A DNA stretch of 64,000 nt from an uncultured Ignavibacteriaceae bacterium (lineage in GTDB: Bacteria; Bacteroidota; Ignavibacteria; Ignavibacteriales; Ignavibacteriaceae): positions 8,443-72,442 of the forward strand of contig CAYUVK010000006.1 of NCBI GenBank assembly GCA_964448105.1, written 5' to 3'. The notes beneath the pieces are model-generated. The model worked only from the letters and a program-made list of their open reading frames with translations, was not told the DNA's origin and ran no database searches. This document shows positions 9,616 through 18,122 of this stretch, in pieces (the first letter of the stretch is position 1; every line of letters begins with the position of its first letter). Both the position numbers and the translations under genes were made by a program.

Positions 9616-10995
9616 ATGGTATCAACTACTTTTATATTTTTTATAGAATCACTTTTAGGACAGAAGAAGAAGAAAATATATCTTATTCTATCCATAATTG
9701 GAATGCTCATGTTTCTGACTGCACCCAATAATTATGCTATTCCAAGCTTTGCAAGACAGACTAATTTATCATGCAATTACTGTCATTACACTTATCCTGC
9801 CCTGACCCCGTTCGGGAGGATGTTTAAACTGAACGGGTATACTATGACAAATGTTGAAACGATCGAAGCCGTTTCACCGGATAGTGAACATACAACGCTG
9901 AAGATTCCATCGACATATTCATTTTCTGCATTTGTGAAATCTTCATACACTTCTATAAGCAAAGCAGCACCGGGTATAAAAAATAGCTTTGTTCAATCTC
10001 CCGAAGAAATAAGCTTATTTTTCTCAGGCGAAATAACTCCAAAAATAGGTGCATATGCTCAACTTACATACGGTTTAAGCGATGGAGCTATTGGGTTGGA
10101 TATGCTCGATATCAGATATGCAGATCATGCAAGACTTGGAACGAAAGATCTGTTGTATGGGATAACATTAAATAATATGCCAACTATGCAGGATGTTTGG
10201 AACACAACTCCAGCCTGGGGTTTTCCATATTATGGTTCTGAATCGGCTCCATCTCCTACCGCCGCTACTTTAATACAATCGATGGAAGGTGTTGCAGGTT
10301 TAGGTGCTTATGCGCTGTATAATAATTTAATTTACGTGGAGGTTACGGGTTATCATTCTTCACCAGCTGGAGTTTCTTATCCGCCCGATGCCTCATGGGA
10401 AATGAATACTAAAGGAGTGTCACCATACTGGAGAATAGCACTTCAGCATAAATGGGAAAGTCAATATGTTATGGTAGGAACTTACGGCATGTCTTCAAGT
10501 ATTTATCCGGCAGGAATAACCGGCTCAACAAATAAATATACGGATGTCGGCTTTGATGCTCAATATGAAAATATTGGTGATAATGGGGGTTCATGGATTT
10601 TTCATACAACATATATAACCGAGAAACAAAATCTGGATGCGACTTTTAGTGATGAAGGTTCGGCTAATGCAAGCGACAAATTAAATTATTTTAAGATCGA
10701 CGGTACGTACAATTTCCCTGAGTTGGCATCACTTTCGGCAGGATTCTTCTCAGTAAGCGGTTCAAACGATGCAATTCTATATGCTCCGGGTGATGTTTCA
10801 GGAAGTCTTAACGGTGAGCCGAACAGCAGCGGTGAAATCCTTCAATTGACATTCTTACCCTGGATGAATACTCAAATTGGAGTTCAGTACACACTATACA
10901 ATAAATTCAATGGTTCCAGCAGTAACTATAATGGTTCGGGCAGAAATGCTTCCGATAATAATACTTTGTATTTAATGGGATGGTTCGTGTTCTAA
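9616..10995 (+). CDS. Fused monohaem cytochrome c / outer-membrane beta-barrel protein (Cyc2/Cyt572-like architecture)
   Basis: Signal peptide (KKKKIYLILSIIGMLMFLTAPNNYA), a single CNYCH immediately after the predicted cleavage site, then ~400 aa rich in Gly/Tyr/Ser with alternating strands. It ends in the OMP-type terminus GWFVF. Confidence 0.6.
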   Translation: MVSTTFIFFIESLLGQKKKKIYLILSIIGMLMFLTAPNNYAIPSFARQTNLSCNYCHYTYPALTPFGRMFKLNGYTMTNVETIEAVSPDSEHTTLKIPSTYSFSAFVKSSYTSISKAAPGIKNSFVQSPEEISLFFSGEITPKIGAYAQLTYGLSDGAIGLDMLDIRYADHARLGTKDLLYGITLNNMPTMQDVWNTTPAWGFPYYGSESAPSPTAATLIQSMEGVAGLGAYALYNNLIYVEVTGYHSSPAGVSYPPDASWEMNTKGVSPYWRIALQHKWESQYVMVGTYGMSSSIYPAGITGSTNKYTDVGFDAQYENIGDNGGSWIFHTTYITEKQNLDATFSDEGSANASDKLNYFKIDGTYNFPELASLSAGFFSVSGSNDAILYAPGDVSGSLNGEPNSSGEILQLTFLPWMNTQIGVQYTLYNKFNGSSSNYNGSGRNASDNNTLYLMGWFVF

Positions 10996-11048
10996 CTGTG
11001 CGCGGATTTTATTCAAATATGATGTTAAAATTTTGGGAGTAAATAAAA

Positions 11049-11531
11049 ATGAAAATGAAAATGAATTCAATTATGACACTGTTACTTTTTAGCTCTTTTA
11101 TTTTTTTCCTGGGATTTGAATTAGAAAATCCAAACGTGGTTAAATCTTTAAAAACAAATCCTGAATTTCAACAGAAGGATAAACCTTCAAATTTAGCAGA
11201 TAAAGGGATTGGTCCAATCAAAGAAATAAAGCTGGGAAGCATAGATCAAAAATTGGTTGATAAAGGAAGCTCCATATTTTATGACAAATGCGCATTATGC
11301 CATAATATTGATGATGTAAACCTGGCCCCTCCTTTACGGGGAATTAGTAAATATCTATCACCTGAATTCATTATGAACTACTTAATGAATACAACCGAAA
11401 TGCAGAAGAAAGATCCTTATATAAAAAAATTAATCCAGGAATGGAAGAAAGTGCCAATAATGAAGGATCAGCATTTAAAGAAAAAAGATGCCAGGGCAGT
11501 ACTGGAGTTTCTTAGATCATTAGACGAATAA
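11049..11531 (+). CDS. Monohaem class I c-type cytochrome, exported or anchored
   Basis: Hydrophobic N-terminus, a single CALCH motif and the size of a small class I cytochrome. Confidence 0.8.
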   Translation: MKMKMNSIMTLLLFSSFIFFLGFELENPNVVKSLKTNPEFQQKDKPSNLADKGIGPIKEIKLGSIDQKLVDKGSSIFYDKCALCHNIDDVNLAPPLRGISKYLSPEFIMNYLMNTTEMQKKDPYIKKLIQEWKKVPIMKDQHLKKKDARAVLEFLRSLDE

Positions 11532-11553
11532 TTAAGCCCCATACCCGTTAAAC

Positions 11554-11582
11554 TTGCCTGCCGGAAGGCAGGCTTGTTTACT
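11554..11582 (+). terminator. Rho-independent terminator
   Basis: GCCTGCC-GGAA-GGCAGGC stem-loop followed by TTGTTT, located 25 bp after the stop of the cytochrome gene. Confidence 0.6.
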
Positions 11583-11715
11583 CGCTTCAGAGGCTTCCAA
11601 TAACTACATAAAAGTTTCACTGTAATAGTTTGAAAAAAAACATAGCAAGAAAAAGTTTAACTAACAGAAGAATTTTCGTTGTGATAATTGCAGAAATTAT
11701 TGAATTAAAATCATC

Positions 11716-12228
11716 ATGAGAAATAAAATATTCATTTTAGTTTTCTTCATATTAGGTTTTGTTATTAGTCTCTTACTAATAAATGATAATTCAAAGAATG
11801 CCACGGATATCGATCCTGTGTCTTTCAGCCACTATGTCCATACCAAAGAGCATAAGATAAAATGTGTAAATTGCCACAGGGGTGTTGAAACACAAGCGCG
11901 TGCAGAAATCCCTAATGTAAAAATTTGCAGTGTCTGTCATTCAAGGTTAATGAATCCTAAATCGGAAAAAGAAAAAAAGATTTATGAGTATGTGAAAGAA
12001 AACAAAACAATTCCCTGGAAAGTATTCTATTATGTTCCAGATTATGTTTACTTCTCTCACAGAAGACATGTTAAGCTTGGCAAATTGGATTGTACCGCTT
12101 GTCATGGTGATATGAGAGAGCAAACTTCACCTGAACTGAAAAATTTTAGCCCGGTAAAAATGCAATTTTGTTTTCAATGCCATGAAGATAAAAAAATAAC
12201 AACAGACTGCGGCAACTGCCATCATTGA
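11716..12228 (+). CDS. Membrane-anchored pentahaem cytochrome c (ActA/QrcA-like)
   Basis: N-terminal TM helix and five CxxCH motifs (CVNCH, CSVCH, CTACH, CFQCH, CGNCH). Confidence 0.85.
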   Translation: MRNKIFILVFFILGFVISLLLINDNSKNATDIDPVSFSHYVHTKEHKIKCVNCHRGVETQARAEIPNVKICSVCHSRLMNPKSEKEKKIYEYVKENKTIPWKVFYYVPDYVYFSHRRHVKLGKLDCTACHGDMREQTSPELKNFSPVKMQFCFQCHEDKKITTDCGNCHH

Positions 12229-12282
12229 TTTTCAAAATGCTAACGAAACTATTAAATAATGATTAACCGGAGAATAAACTGA

Positions 12283-14547
12283 ATGGAAATTAATAGAAGG
12301 GATTTTGTGAAACTGTTTGGAGGTTCTTTATTTGGACTTGCAATCGGAGGCGGTGCCGGAGCTATGTTAAAGCTTCCTAAAAAAGCAGAACCAATTCTTT
12401 ATTCCGGCCCAAGGATTGAATCCTGGAAATTGACTGCTTGTACAAAGTGTCCGGGCAGCTGCAGCCTTAGGATTCGTCTTATTGATGATCTCCCAATCCA
12501 GGCATTCGGTAATCCAAATTCTCCAATAAATGAAGGTGGAATTTGCCCGCTAGGGCTTGTGTCTGTAGCAGATTTATATCATCCTGCCCGGCTTACAAAT
12601 CCTGTTAAAAAAATAAACGGTGAATTTAAACCGGTATCTTATAAAGAAGCTTATAATATTATTTCTGATAATTTGAAGAATATTATTTCGAACAAAAGGC
12701 AGGATGATGTTTTTATTGTTGCACAAACCGAGTCAAAATTTCGAGTTGAATTGTTTCGGAAATTTTCTGATACCACTGGTTTTAAAAATCTAATAATTGA
12801 TAATTTCCGTGACGGAAGCTCTTTTCCGTTTTTTAAAGCAGCAGGTAATGCCCCGGATTTTATTGATTTTGATAAGTGCGATTATATATTAAACTTTGAT
12901 GCACAGTTCACCGAGATTTCTCAAAATCCTATTTACTTTACAAGAAAGATAAATGAATACAGATCTAAAGGATTTAAGATTACGACTGTTCAACCAAAGT
13001 TAACACCGGGTGTTGCTAAATTAGATGAATGGATACCCCTTCAGCCTGTTTTATTTGGAAATTTTGCATTGGGAGTTGCATATGTCTTATTGAAAGATGA
13101 CCAGTATGACAAAAGCTTTTTAGAGGAAAACTTTTCCGGATTTACCGATTTTAAAAATCATGTGCTGGAAAATTATGTACCGGATAAAGTGGCAAAGTTA
13201 ACAGGTATACCTGCAGAGAAAATTATTGAGATAGGCAGAGAATTTGAAAAAGCATCATCACCTGCTGCCTATTTTGATGAGTCGGTATTGTATAATTCAA
13301 ACGGGACACAAAATGCCTTTGCTATAATTGCCTTAAATGCATTAAAAGGATTTCGCAGCTTTGGTAAAATAAAGAATAGTTTTTTATCATCAGTTTTACA
13401 AAATGAAAGCCGGGAGATCAATATAACTTTTACAAATTTGATGGCTCGGCTTTCAAAAAGTAACGCTCTACAAGCTCTACTAATATCCGGAAGTAATTTT
13501 GTGTTCAATAGTCCCGATAGTGAAGCTCTGAAAAAACAATTAAGTTCCATTCCTTTTATTGTCAGCTTCTCCTCCTTTGTAGATGAAACTTCTTCATTTG
13601 CGCATTTGATAATTCCAGACCACTGCAATTTAGAAAAGCTTGACCTGCTGCTTAACAATTCGATGGGAGTACCTGCTGTTACCTTACAACAGCCGGTTGT
13701 TGAACCTTTTTTCAAAACTTCTGATACAGGTGATGTGCTAATATCTTTAATGAAGGAGATTAAACCGGAAGCAAAAGTTCAATATGAAAATTATTCAGAT
13801 TATATCACACAGATAGCAAAGAAAATTTACTCAGGCAGAGAAGGTATTTTTATGGATCAAAATAAGCCGACGGTGATTGAGAAAGGATTAAGGAAAATCG
13901 GGTGGCAGACCGAACAATTCGGCAGCTTTGATGATTTCTGGGACAGCCTGACGGATTCAGGAGGATGGTGGGATCCTTTTGCGGAAAAAGAACCATACAA
14001 TCCCAAAATTGATTTTAAACCGGCGTTTTATAAAGAATCTTTTACGACAAAGAACTCATTGAACTCCATACCAAAGAATAAACTACATTTAAACATCTTT
14101 AAAAGAAACTTGGACTATAAAGGGAACATGAGCATTTATCCCGTTCTTGTAGAACAGTTCGGGAGCAACTGGTCTGTCTTCTATCAACTATGGGCTGAGA
14201 TAAACCCGGTGACGGCACGCAGTTTATCTCTGCGTGATAGAAGCAAAGTAATATTAAAAACTAACAAAGGAAAATTCCCGGCAGTTTTAATTTACAATCC
14301 TACTGTTGTACCGGGCAACCTGGATATTCCTTTTGGATTAGGACATACGATTCTGGGTGACACATGCGGTGTTAACCCACTAATTTTTTCAGAAAATAAA
14401 ATTGATAAACCAACCGGTAAACCTTCTTTTTCCGAATCATTAATTGAGATTGAAGGTTCTTCGTTAAAAAATTCTTCGTTGGCTGAACAAGTGAAATTAA
14501 ATCAAAAACAATTTGCAGAAAATCAAGTTAGGAGAGATTATGCCTAG
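12283..14547 (+). CDS. Tat-exported molybdopterin-oxidoreductase-family (MopB) subunit (ActB1/QrcB/PsrA-like)
   Basis: Twin-arginine signal MEINRRDFVKLFGG. N-terminal FS0-type cluster motif CTKCPGSC...GGICPLG. 754 aa. Confidence 0.85.
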   Translation: MEINRRDFVKLFGGSLFGLAIGGGAGAMLKLPKKAEPILYSGPRIESWKLTACTKCPGSCSLRIRLIDDLPIQAFGNPNSPINEGGICPLGLVSVADLYHPARLTNPVKKINGEFKPVSYKEAYNIISDNLKNIISNKRQDDVFIVAQTESKFRVELFRKFSDTTGFKNLIIDNFRDGSSFPFFKAAGNAPDFIDFDKCDYILNFDAQFTEISQNPIYFTRKINEYRSKGFKITTVQPKLTPGVAKLDEWIPLQPVLFGNFALGVAYVLLKDDQYDKSFLEENFSGFTDFKNHVLENYVPDKVAKLTGIPAEKIIEIGREFEKASSPAAYFDESVLYNSNGTQNAFAIIALNALKGFRSFGKIKNSFLSSVLQNESREINITFTNLMARLSKSNALQALLISGSNFVFNSPDSEALKKQLSSIPFIVSFSSFVDETSSFAHLIIPDHCNLEKLDLLLNNSMGVPAVTLQQPVVEPFFKTSDTGDVLISLMKEIKPEAKVQYENYSDYITQIAKKIYSGREGIFMDQNKPTVIEKGLRKIGWQTEQFGSFDDFWDSLTDSGGWWDPFAEKEPYNPKIDFKPAFYKESFTTKNSLNSIPKNKLHLNIFKRNLDYKGNMSIYPVLVEQFGSNWSVFYQLWAEINPVTARSLSLRDRSKVILKTNKGKFPAVLIYNPTVVPGNLDIPFGLGHTILGDTCGVNPLIFSENKIDKPTGKPSFSESLIEIEGSSLKNSSLAEQVKLNQKQFAENQVRRDYA

Positions 14548-15229
14548 ATACGGGATGGTTATTGATCTTAATAAGTGCAATCAATGTGAAGCATGTGTTA
14601 CCGCTTGCAAGCTTGAAAATAACGTTCAGATAGTTTCAAAAGAAAATGCCGAAATGGGAAGAGTTATGCAATGGATGAAAATGCTTACGACAAATCATGA
14701 GGGAAATTACCCGGAAATTAGACCTGTAAGTCTCCCAGTTTTTTGTGTCCAGTGTGATGATCCCCCTTGTATAAAAGTATGTCCGGTAAGAGCAACTTAT
14801 AAAAGAGACGACGGAATCGTTGCACAAATTTATCCTCAGTGCATAGGATGCAGGTATTGCATGGCTAACTGCCCTTACACAGTAAAAGTATTCAACTGGT
14901 ATAAAGATGAACAGCCTGTTGAATATGAAAAATGCTATAACACTGATGTTTCTGTACGACCTAAAGGTATAGTTGAGAAATGTACTTTTTGTATCCATCG
15001 ATTACAAAAAGCTAAGGAAAAGTCAAAAGCTGAACATAGAAAAATGCAGGAAGAAGATTATGTTACTGCATGTACAGAAGTATGCCCTGCCCATGCAATT
15101 CATTTTGGTGATCTGGATGATCCCAACAGTCATGTTTCCAAATTAATGAACGATTATAGAAAGTTCACGTTACAGGAAGAACTGGGAACGGAACCGAAGG
15201 TTTATTACTTGAGCGAAAAATCCCAATGA
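14540..15229 (+). CDS. 4x[4Fe-4S] ferredoxin-type subunit (ActB2/QrcC/PsrB-like)
   Basis: Cys clusters CNQCEACVTAC, CVQCDDPPCIKVCP, CIGCRYCMANCP and CTFC. I prefer the ATG at 14540 (MPRYGMVIDLNKC), which is preceded by AGGAGA, over the track start at 14513. Confidence 0.9.
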   Translation: MPRYGMVIDLNKCNQCEACVTACKLENNVQIVSKENAEMGRVMQWMKMLTTNHEGNYPEIRPVSLPVFCVQCDDPPCIKVCPVRATYKRDDGIVAQIYPQCIGCRYCMANCPYTVKVFNWYKDEQPVEYEKCYNTDVSVRPKGIVEKCTFCIHRLQKAKEKSKAEHRKMQEEDYVTACTEVCPAHAIHFGDLDDPNSHVSKLMNDYRKFTLQEELGTEPKVYYLSEKSQ

Positions 15230-15268
15230 AGATTTTCGATTTATCAATACAATAATTAAGGTTTTCAG

Positions 15269-16615
15269 ATGAACAATCAAAACTTCGTTGATGAAGATGA
15301 GACATTATTTAGACCTATATATCACACCGGAAAAGGTTTCTATGCTTTTGCAGCCGCCTTAGCAGCCATAGTTTTGTTCGGCATTTTTATGTATATCCGT
15401 CAGCTCATATTCGGACTTGGAGTTACCGGAATGAACGAACCTGTAAGCTGGGGATTTTATATAATCAGCTTTGTTTTCTTTATTGGTATTTCACATGCAG
15501 GAACACTTATATCTGCAATTCTACGATTGTCAAAAGCAGAATGGCGGAGGCCGATAACTAGAATGGCAGAAGTGATTACTGGAATTGTCCTTTTGATTGG
15601 TGGTCTTCATCCAATTATTGACTTAGGCAGACCGGACAGGATACTTCATATATTTGAACGTGGGCGTTTACAATCTCCGCTTCTTTGGGATGTTACCAGC
15701 ATAACCGCCTATTTTACCGCTTCAACAATTTACCTTTATCTTCCATTAATTCCAGACATTGCACTGCTAAGAGATAGAGGCGGAAGATTTCATAAGATTT
15801 ATGAAATATTATCCTGGGGATACGAGGGTACCGAAAAACAAAAACATGTTCTGGAAAGAGCAATAAATATTTTGATGGTCATGGTTATTCCAATTGCAGT
15901 TTCGGTTCATACCGTAATCTCATGGATATTCTCAATGACTTTGCAGCCTGGTTGGCACAGCACTATTTTCGGTCCTTATTTTGTTGTGGGTGCAATTTAT
16001 TCAGGTATAGCTGCACTTATAATTGTTATGATTGCATTCCGGAAAGCTTACCATTTACAAGATTATCTCAAAGAAATTCATTTTAGATATCTTGGTACGC
16101 TGCTTTTGGTCATGTCGCTGCTCTGGTTTTATTTCACATTTGCTGAATACTTAACTACTTTTTACGGGCATGAGCCGCCGGAAATGCGTGTTTTCCTCTA
16201 TAAATTCGTTGGTAATTACTCTTTCTTTTTCTGGCTTATGGTAGTTTGCAATTTTATCATTCCTGTTGTCTTTTTAAGTAATAAAAAACTTAAGACCATT
16301 GGGGGAATTTTATTTACATCAATAGCGGTAGTACTCGGTATGTGGCTTGAAAGATTAATTATTATTGTTCCATCTATGGCGAATCCAAGACTTCCCTATC
16401 CAACGGGAATTTATGTCCCGTCTTTAACGGAAATATCACTTCTTCTTGCTGCTACTGCTGCATTTGTTCTAGGATTTATGGGATTTTCAAAACTATTTCC
16501 TTTGGTTTCAATATGGGAGATCAAAGAGGGACGTGAACAAAGTGTAAAAACTGTATCGGAACGGTTACACGAATATTTGCCTTCAAAAGGTCATATAAGA
16601 AATGAAATTGTATGA
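15269..16615 (+). CDS. NrfD/PsrC/ActC-family integral membrane quinone-interacting subunit
   Basis: 448 aa with about ten hydrophobic helices. NrfD-like segment VSWGFYIISFVFFIGISHAGTLISAIL. It directly follows the FeS subunit gene. Confidence 0.88.
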   Translation: MNNQNFVDEDETLFRPIYHTGKGFYAFAAALAAIVLFGIFMYIRQLIFGLGVTGMNEPVSWGFYIISFVFFIGISHAGTLISAILRLSKAEWRRPITRMAEVITGIVLLIGGLHPIIDLGRPDRILHIFERGRLQSPLLWDVTSITAYFTASTIYLYLPLIPDIALLRDRGGRFHKIYEILSWGYEGTEKQKHVLERAINILMVMVIPIAVSVHTVISWIFSMTLQPGWHSTIFGPYFVVGAIYSGIAALIIVMIAFRKAYHLQDYLKEIHFRYLGTLLLVMSLLWFYFTFAEYLTTFYGHEPPEMRVFLYKFVGNYSFFFWLMVVCNFIIPVVFLSNKKLKTIGGILFTSIAVVLGMWLERLIIIVPSMANPRLPYPTGIYVPSLTEISLLLAATAAFVLGFMGFSKLFPLVSIWEIKEGREQSVKTVSERLHEYLPSKGHIRNEIV

Positions 16616-16883
16616 GGGACTTATGTTGAGTAAAATAAAAAGTATCTTCGGAAAAAATATTCTTATTCAAACTGTACTTTTGTCATTTTTATGGATGCTT
16701 GCATCAGGGATGACACTTCTGTTAATTAATTTAGTGCAAGTCTCCTATGAAGTTAATGATCATCAATCTGCTTCAATTGCTATAAGTATTCTTGGAATTA
16801 TTGTTTTTTGGATTTTAGCAGGCATTTTAACATATGTTTTGGTCGGATTATACAAAGGAAGAAAAAAGGAGAGTAATAAATGA
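16602..16883 (+). CDS. Small two-TM membrane protein (possible accessory subunit)
   Basis: Two hydrophobic helices. It is translationally coupled on both sides (overlaps the NrfD stop, and ATGA overlap with the next gene). An alternative start is the ATG at 16620, after GAGGGA. Confidence 0.5.
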   Translation: MKLYEGLMLSKIKSIFGKNILIQTVLLSFLWMLASGMTLLLINLVQVSYEVNDHQSASIAISILGIIVFWILAGILTYVLVGLYKGRKKESNK

Positions 16884-18073
16884 AAATCAGAATTTTGTTT
16901 TTTATCTTCTTAATTGCTTTAATATCTACTACATTCATTTATTACGGATTTACACCAAATATTTTTTTTCAGCAGAAGCAATCAGAGAAAAAAAATCTGC
17001 CTGAAAATCCATTAGATGGTCGATTAGTCTTTGAGGGCAAGGGTTGTATTGACTGCCATGCAATTAATGGATTCGGTGGACATACTGCACCCGATTTCGG
17101 AACACATAATTTTTTCGGAAGTGATTATGATTTGATATCCGAAATGTGGAACCACTCGCCTAATATGTTTAAAGAAATGGAAAAAAAGAAAATTGATAAT
17201 CAAAAATTTAACACCACTGATTTTGGTAATCTCCGTTACTTTCTTTATTTCCTGCGTTACTTAGGAAGCAATGGAAATGTAAGTAAGGGGCATGAACTTT
17301 TTATTAAAATGAAATGCAGTGATTGCCATTCAGTCGGCGAAGGGAATGCGAAAAAAATTAGGCTTGATACAATAGGAGTTTATGCTACACCTCTTTACCT
17401 GGCACAAGTAATGTGGAATCATGCTCTCAAAATGCAGAAAATGCAAAAGATTTCCGGTATTAAAATTCCGAAATTTAAAAATAATGATTTTGCCGACCTA
17501 TCGTCTTATATAGCAGAAGTTAGTACTTATGGAAAGCGGGAAAAAAATTACATGTCACCAGGCAATCCTTTGAAAGGAGAAAAATTATTCGAAAGTAAGA
17601 AGTGCAGTTATTGCCATGTACAAAACCATATTGGACCGGATTTAACAAATTTTAATTTTAATAAGAGCGTAACGGAAATAGCCGGTATAATGTGGAATCA
17701 TGCTTTAAACATGGAAGAAGTTATGAGGAAAAATAAAATTTCATGGCCTTCATTTGAGGGAGATGAAATGGCAAATCTCATTTCATACCTGTATTTTAAA
17801 AACCGGGGTGATATTAAAGGTTCCGTCGAAGAAGGCAAGCAGCTTACTCAGCAGAAAGGATGCATCAGTTGTCATAGTGCAGGTAATTCATATGATGCTC
17901 CTGATATAAATAGTATCGGACCTTTTAACAGTATGGATTATTTTTTCAGTGAATTGTGGAATCATTTGCCGTTAATGGAAAAGAATCTGTATATAAAAGG
18001 TAAATCTCTGCCGAAGCTCTTGCCTTCAGATATAAAATCGTTGTATCTTTACTTTGACCGTAAAAACCGGTGA
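16880..18073 (+). CDS. Membrane-anchored tetrahaem cytochrome c built from four tandem class-I-like domains
   Basis: N-terminal TM helix. Four CxxCH motifs (CIDCH, CSDCH, CSYCH, CISCH), each followed ~30 aa later by a [ML]WNHxxxM motif. Confidence 0.85.
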   Translation: MKIRILFFIFLIALISTTFIYYGFTPNIFFQQKQSEKKNLPENPLDGRLVFEGKGCIDCHAINGFGGHTAPDFGTHNFFGSDYDLISEMWNHSPNMFKEMEKKKIDNQKFNTTDFGNLRYFLYFLRYLGSNGNVSKGHELFIKMKCSDCHSVGEGNAKKIRLDTIGVYATPLYLAQVMWNHALKMQKMQKISGIKIPKFKNNDFADLSSYIAEVSTYGKREKNYMSPGNPLKGEKLFESKKCSYCHVQNHIGPDLTNFNFNKSVTEIAGIMWNHALNMEEVMRKNKISWPSFEGDEMANLISYLYFKNRGDIKGSVEEGKQLTQQKGCISCHSAGNSYDAPDINSIGPFNSMDYFFSELWNHLPLMEKNLYIKGKSLPKLLPSDIKSLYLYFDRKNR

Positions 18074-18122
18074 AGGCATATTTTTTTGACGCCTGACGAT
18101 CATAAGTAAAGAAGTACATTTT

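Noticed and set aside
11650-11715. Possible sigma-54 promoter (…CGTTGTGATAATTGCA…) upstream of the pentahaem gene.
   Set aside because: It has the TTGC -12 element, but GT instead of GG at the -24 position and no further match. This is too weak to call.
12283-14547. Possible selenocysteine or other recoding in the MopB subunit.
   Set aside because: The ORF is uninterrupted with no in-frame TGA, so nothing suggests Sec usage.
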